From contig JAFQBA010000100.1 of NCBI GenBank assembly GCA_017416845.1, positions 8,968-72,967 of the forward strand: a DNA stretch of 64,000 nt, given 5' to 3'. Each line of letters starts with the position of its first letter. The stretch's first letter is position 1. Shown here piece by piece: positions 60,574-64,000 of the stretch. A program made the position numbers and the translations under genes. This DNA comes from Clostridia bacterium (GTDB lineage Bacteria > Bacillota > Clostridia > UMGS1810). The notes under the pieces were generated by a model that was not told the origin of the DNA, made no database searches, and saw only the letters and a list, made by a program, of their open reading frames with translations.

Positions 60574-61359
60574 ATGTATACACAAAAGGATTTAGAGAAA
60601 GATATTTGTCAAATTGGCATAAATCATACCGATGTGCTGACAGTACATACTTCTTTGAAAGCTATCGGAGAAATAAGCAGTACGCACAAAAGCGGTGCAG
60701 AGGTGCTTATTGATGCCATGAAAAATTGCGTACCGAATGGTATTTTAATGATTCCTGCTCATACCTATGCTAACATTAGAGAAACACCAATTTTTGATAT
60801 CCGAAACACAATGCCTTGTATCGGAACATTGCCTCGTATTGCCGTAGAACTAGCTAATCAGGCTTATGATAACAACGATAGAACTTGTGTACGCTCTATG
60901 CAAGTGTCTCATTCGGTAGTGGCTTTTGGCAAAAATGCTTACGAATTTACAGAATGTGATCGAGCAACAAAAACCAGAACACCAATGTCGGGCTGCTACG
61001 GAAATTTATATAGACAAAACGGCAAAATCTTGTTGCTTGGTGTAGGGTTACACAGCAATACATACATCCATATGATTGATGAGTATTTAGATTATGACTG
61101 CAGTGGTGTAACTCCTTCCGAACAACAATGGATTCATGTGATTGATTATGATGGTGCTGAGCGGGAACAAGAACGACTGCTCACTATCGGACCGGCAGCG
61201 CACACTTTTGAGCGTTATACAAATGCATTGAATCAATCCGTTGCAATGACTTACGGTAAAGTCGGTAATGCCGACGCAATATTAATAGATGCACGCAAGT
61301 GTTTTGATGTAGTGACAAGCATCCGAAAAAGCGAACAAAAGATTTTTCCTATCGAATAG
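60574..61359 (+). CDS. Aminoglycoside N(3)-acetyltransferase (AAC(3)) family protein
   Basis: LTVHTSLKAIGEI...GAEVLIDAM...GILMIPAHT is typical of the AAC(3)/Antibiotic_NAT family. Length 261 aa. Confidence 0.75.
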   Translation: MYTQKDLEKDICQIGINHTDVLTVHTSLKAIGEISSTHKSGAEVLIDAMKNCVPNGILMIPAHTYANIRETPIFDIRNTMPCIGTLPRIAVELANQAYDNNDRTCVRSMQVSHSVVAFGKNAYEFTECDRATKTRTPMSGCYGNLYRQNGKILLLGVGLHSNTYIHMIDEYLDYDCSGVTPSEQQWIHVIDYDGAEREQERLLTIGPAAHTFERYTNALNQSVAMTYGKVGNADAILIDARKCFDVVTSIRKSEQKIFPIE

Positions 61360-61399
61360 TTTGGCACAATATGATATAATACTTGTACATAAAACAACA

Positions 61400-61452
61400 C
61401 CCTCAGCCGACTTAAAACCTTAAATGATTTAAGTCGGCTGAGGGAATTTTTA
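61400..61452. terminator. Bidirectional rho-independent terminator
   Basis: 17-bp stem CCCTCAGCCGACTTAAA / TTTAAGTCGGCTGAGGG followed by AATTTTTAT, between convergent genes. Confidence 0.8.
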
Positions 61453-61497
61453 TCTTCCAACGCTACCGAATGTTATATACTTCCAAACCAATACATA

Positions 61498-62712
61498 TTA
61501 TTCCAATGAAAAAACACGCTTGAAAAAATCTAAAGAAACCTCTTTTCTGAATGAATGATCCGGTGCATCACAATTGCAAAACAAACTATACTCTTCAGCT
61601 GTCAAACCATATAGAGGCGGTTCATACAGCTTTGAACGACTTTCTTCATCTTTATATTTAGGATAATGTGAAATCACCAAATTATCTTTTGCATCACACA
61701 AATTGTATGCACTGATAATCTTGTCAAGAAAATACTGTGCACCACCTTCTGTAAGCGCAAGCGGCAAAGGAGCTAAAGCACTCAGCAAATCGGGGCGTGC
61801 AAAATATTGAAAAAGTCCGGGAATCTCATGCCAGTTACCTGCATTGTTGCGCATGAAATCTTCTTCGGATTCTGTAGTGGCACAATATCTTTGCCGCTGG
61901 TCACATATAAAGTCATTAAATACTACAGCACTGATATCGTCACAAAGCAAGCCCAACAAAACAGCATCGGTTGCACCAAGAGAATGCGACGCCACACCTA
62001 TTTTTTTCTGATCCACAAAATCAAGTGTTTTTAAAAACTTCATAAATACCAGCTTTTGGAAAACAGAGATGCCGGGATAACAAAAGCCACTTTGAATATA
62101 GCCGTGACACAGTTGCGCTCTTGTATAACCCCAGTTTTCTTTATCTATTTCAAGTCCGCACTCAGCTATTTCAAGAGGATCAAAAGCAAATGCAACCATA
62201 CCCGCTTGTACCATATAAAGAGCCATTCTGTTTCGTTCGGGATATTTTACATACCTGCATCCCATATTTTCAAGCATGGGTTCTCCCGCCAAAAACTCTT
62301 TACTGTATGTAGAACCGGGAAAACACAGCACTCCCGGAGCAGGATTTTCTTTTGTGACACCATCGGGAATGAGCATAAGAAACGGTACTGCCGTATAGTC
62401 ATCAGGATAAAACTCCCATTTTTCAACTGTATATGTGTCGCGTTTTACACTGCTTATCATTTTCGGTTCCGGTTGTTTTGTGAATTCGGGAAGCAAAAGC
62501 AATTCATTAACTTTATTTCTTACATCCTTTTTCCATGTCAAAAATTCTTCTTTTGTGAATTTGTCGGAAAAAGCAAGCTTGGGTTTCAAATCACGAAGAA
62601 AAGCCATGTGCGCAGCCATAGAACTTGTATGTCTGTCATCTTCTCTCTTAGATTTATAATGTGTTTCATAGGTTATTCTCAATATAATCCACTCCTCATA
62701 TAATATTATCAT
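61498..62712 (-). CDS. Alpha/beta hydrolase (esterase-like)
   Basis: 404-aa ORF with nucleophile-elbow-like GVASHSLGA. The start is uncertain: the ATG at 62712 has almost no spacing to GAGGA, and the TTG at 62682 lies 9 nt after GAGGAG. Confidence 0.45.
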   Translation of the reverse strand: MIILYEEWIILRITYETHYKSKREDDRHTSSMAAHMAFLRDLKPKLAFSDKFTKEEFLTWKKDVRNKVNELLLLPEFTKQPEPKMISSVKRDTYTVEKWEFYPDDYTAVPFLMLIPDGVTKENPAPGVLCFPGSTYSKEFLAGEPMLENMGCRYVKYPERNRMALYMVQAGMVAFAFDPLEIAECGLEIDKENWGYTRAQLCHGYIQSGFCYPGISVFQKLVFMKFLKTLDFVDQKKIGVASHSLGATDAVLLGLLCDDISAVVFNDFICDQRQRYCATTESEEDFMRNNAGNWHEIPGLFQYFARPDLLSALAPLPLALTEGGAQYFLDKIISAYNLCDAKDNLVISHYPKYKDEESRSKLYEPPLYGLTAEEYSLFCNCDAPDHSFRKEVSLDFFKRVFSLE

Positions 62713-62761
62713 TCCTCAACATTTCAAATAAAGATATTTTTTACATATTAAGATGCTCCTT

Positions 62762-63631
62762 TCATAATCGCTGTGTTTGTATATTTATTTTATTCTTTTT
62801 TACATACTGCACAAACATCTCTGCTGCCCACGATGCCATTTGAGGATTATATGCTATTCCGAGAGTTCTTGAAAGTTTTGGTTCAAGTTGAAGTGTTCGT
62901 ATCCCATTTACAGGGTTCTTCATCATAACTCCGGGCATTACTGTTATTCCGATATTATTTTTAACCAGTGACACAGCAGAATTGTTTTCTACTGATTTAA
63001 GCATAATTATGTCATCAAAATATGAATATGTAAAATATTTATCAATTACCATATCATCAACACAGATATACGGATATTTATACATTTCGTCTCTCGAAAT
63101 GCTGATTGCATCTGAAAAATCTGTTTCCGGAACAACAGCAACATATTCATCATCCATAATAGGAATCCAATTTGGAATATTGTCCGGACAACAATCCGCA
63201 AAGATTATATCTGAATTCCCATATTTATTTGACATATCGGCAACTTCATTTTCAACAACTATAGAAATTTTTATGGACTGATATTCATTCTTAAACCCCT
63301 GCAATATTTCAGGCAACACATAGGTAGCGATGCTCGAATATGTCAGAATTTTAAGTTCCAGGGTGTTTCCTTTTGTAATTTCACCTGCTGCCGATTTCAA
63401 CTTTTCATATGCTTCAAAAAGTTCTTCAAATAAACCATGCAAATTTTTTGCACCATTCGTCAGAACAACACCCCTGTTACTTCTTCGAAAAAGTTGAACT
63501 CCAAGCTCTTTTTCTAAGGCATTTGCCATATGCAAAACTGCCGACGGCGTGTATGACAATTTTTCAGCAATTTTTGAAAAACTGCCGTATTCTTCAACCA
63601 TCAAAAAAATTTTCACTTTGTTGATATCCAT
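62762..63631 (-). CDS. LysR family transcriptional regulator
   Basis: N-terminal HTH FLMVEEYGSFSKIAEKLSYTPSAVLHMANALEKELGVQLFRR followed by a substrate-binding domain. The ATG at 63631 lies 7 nt after GGGAGA. Confidence 0.8.
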   Translation of the reverse strand: MDINKVKIFLMVEEYGSFSKIAEKLSYTPSAVLHMANALEKELGVQLFRRSNRGVVLTNGAKNLHGLFEELFEAYEKLKSAAGEITKGNTLELKILTYSSIATYVLPEILQGFKNEYQSIKISIVVENEVADMSNKYGNSDIIFADCCPDNIPNWIPIMDDEYVAVVPETDFSDAISISRDEMYKYPYICVDDMVIDKYFTYSYFDDIIMLKSVENNSAVSLVKNNIGITVMPGVMMKNPVNGIRTLQLEPKLSRTLGIAYNPQMASWAAEMFVQYVKKNKINIQTQRL

Positions 63632-63740
63632 TTTCATATCTCCCGGCTATAAAATTTTTTCACAGCACAATTACAAACTTTACCTTCCGCATGCCATTAG
63701 CTTATGATACAATGTTATAAATTGAAAGCGAGGTATTTAT

Positions 63741-64000
63741 ATGAATCTTGATAAAAAGTTAAAAAAAGAACTGCATGCATCAATTACTATGTTATTAGCA
63801 GCCATGTTTTCGTTTGTCTCTCTTTATGTTTTGGTGCTCCCCGCCGGTTTTGCACCAAGCGGTGTTGACGGAATAAGCACCCTGCTGTATGAGATCACCG
63901 GCATTAACATTGGTTGGTTCAAACTTCTCATTAACATACCACTGATGATTCTTGCCCTTATTTATCTGAAAAAACGCTATGTATTATATGTAATTATATT
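63741..64000 (+). CDS. YitT-family membrane protein, 5' partial (runs off the window)
   Basis: ATG at 63741 after GAGGT. The hydrophobic N-terminus LVLPAGFAPSGVDGISTLLYEITGINIGWFKLLINIPLMIL is typical of YitT/DUF2179 proteins. No stop occurs before 64000. Confidence 0.55.
   Translation, partial: MNLDKKLKKELHASITMLLAAMFSFVSLYVLVLPAGFAPSGVDGISTLLYEITGINIGWFKLLINIPLMILALIYLKKRYVLYVII

Noticed and set aside
62056-62703. 215-aa plus-strand ORF
   Set aside because: It is antisense to the alpha/beta hydrolase gene, has an implausible composition (rich in F, C, I, K, R), and has no RBS.

Overview
The window comes from a low-GC, Clostridia-like Firmicute (AGGAGG-type ribosome-binding sites, S-layer-homology domains, tight co-directional operons). 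It has two parts. (1) The chromosomal backbone, 47-17118 and 34739-64000, is a large glycan-degradation locus, almost all on the minus strand. It holds four ~1400-aa secreted heparinase II/III-like polysaccharide lyases with shuffled LamG/ConA-like, Ig-like and F5/8-type-C modules. It also holds two paralogous pairs of S-layer-associated proteins, a GH88 unsaturated glucuronyl hydrolase, two GH20-like hexosaminidases, two BNR/sialidase-fold proteins, a GHL6/GH42-like hydrolase, a serine hydrolase, and AraC and LysR regulators. An AAC(3)-type acetyltransferase, an alpha/beta hydrolase and a partial YitT-like gene are also present. The locus looks like a segmentally duplicated cassette. (2) A ~17-kb AT-rich integrated element, about 17.6-34.6 kb, splits the two cassette copies. 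Its left end abuts a truncated initiator tRNA-Met 3' half and a GC-rich ~270-nt structured segment of unknown class. The element carries a candidate defence islet: a split OLD/AbiL-like ATPase + small Toprim protein, and TcmP + a CX3CX3C radical-SAM-like protein. It also carries a tyrosine integrase and an Xis-like HTH protein, and a tandem array of three paralogous acidic-tailed (possibly SSB-like) genes. Five copies of a conserved ~67-bp inverted-repeat module occur, four punctuating that array and the fifth in a non-coding region at 29.5 kb. Further genes are a P-loop SF3-like replication protein, DUF1643, DpnD/PcfM-like and DUF3846 genes, and a zinc-ribbon amidoligase + class-II glutamine amidotransferase pair. 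No capsid, tail, terminase or type IV secretion genes are visible, so it looks like a satellite or integrative mobilizable element rather than a complete prophage or ICE. No rRNA, intact tRNA or CRISPR array was seen. All family assignments come from motif recognition by eye; no searches were run.
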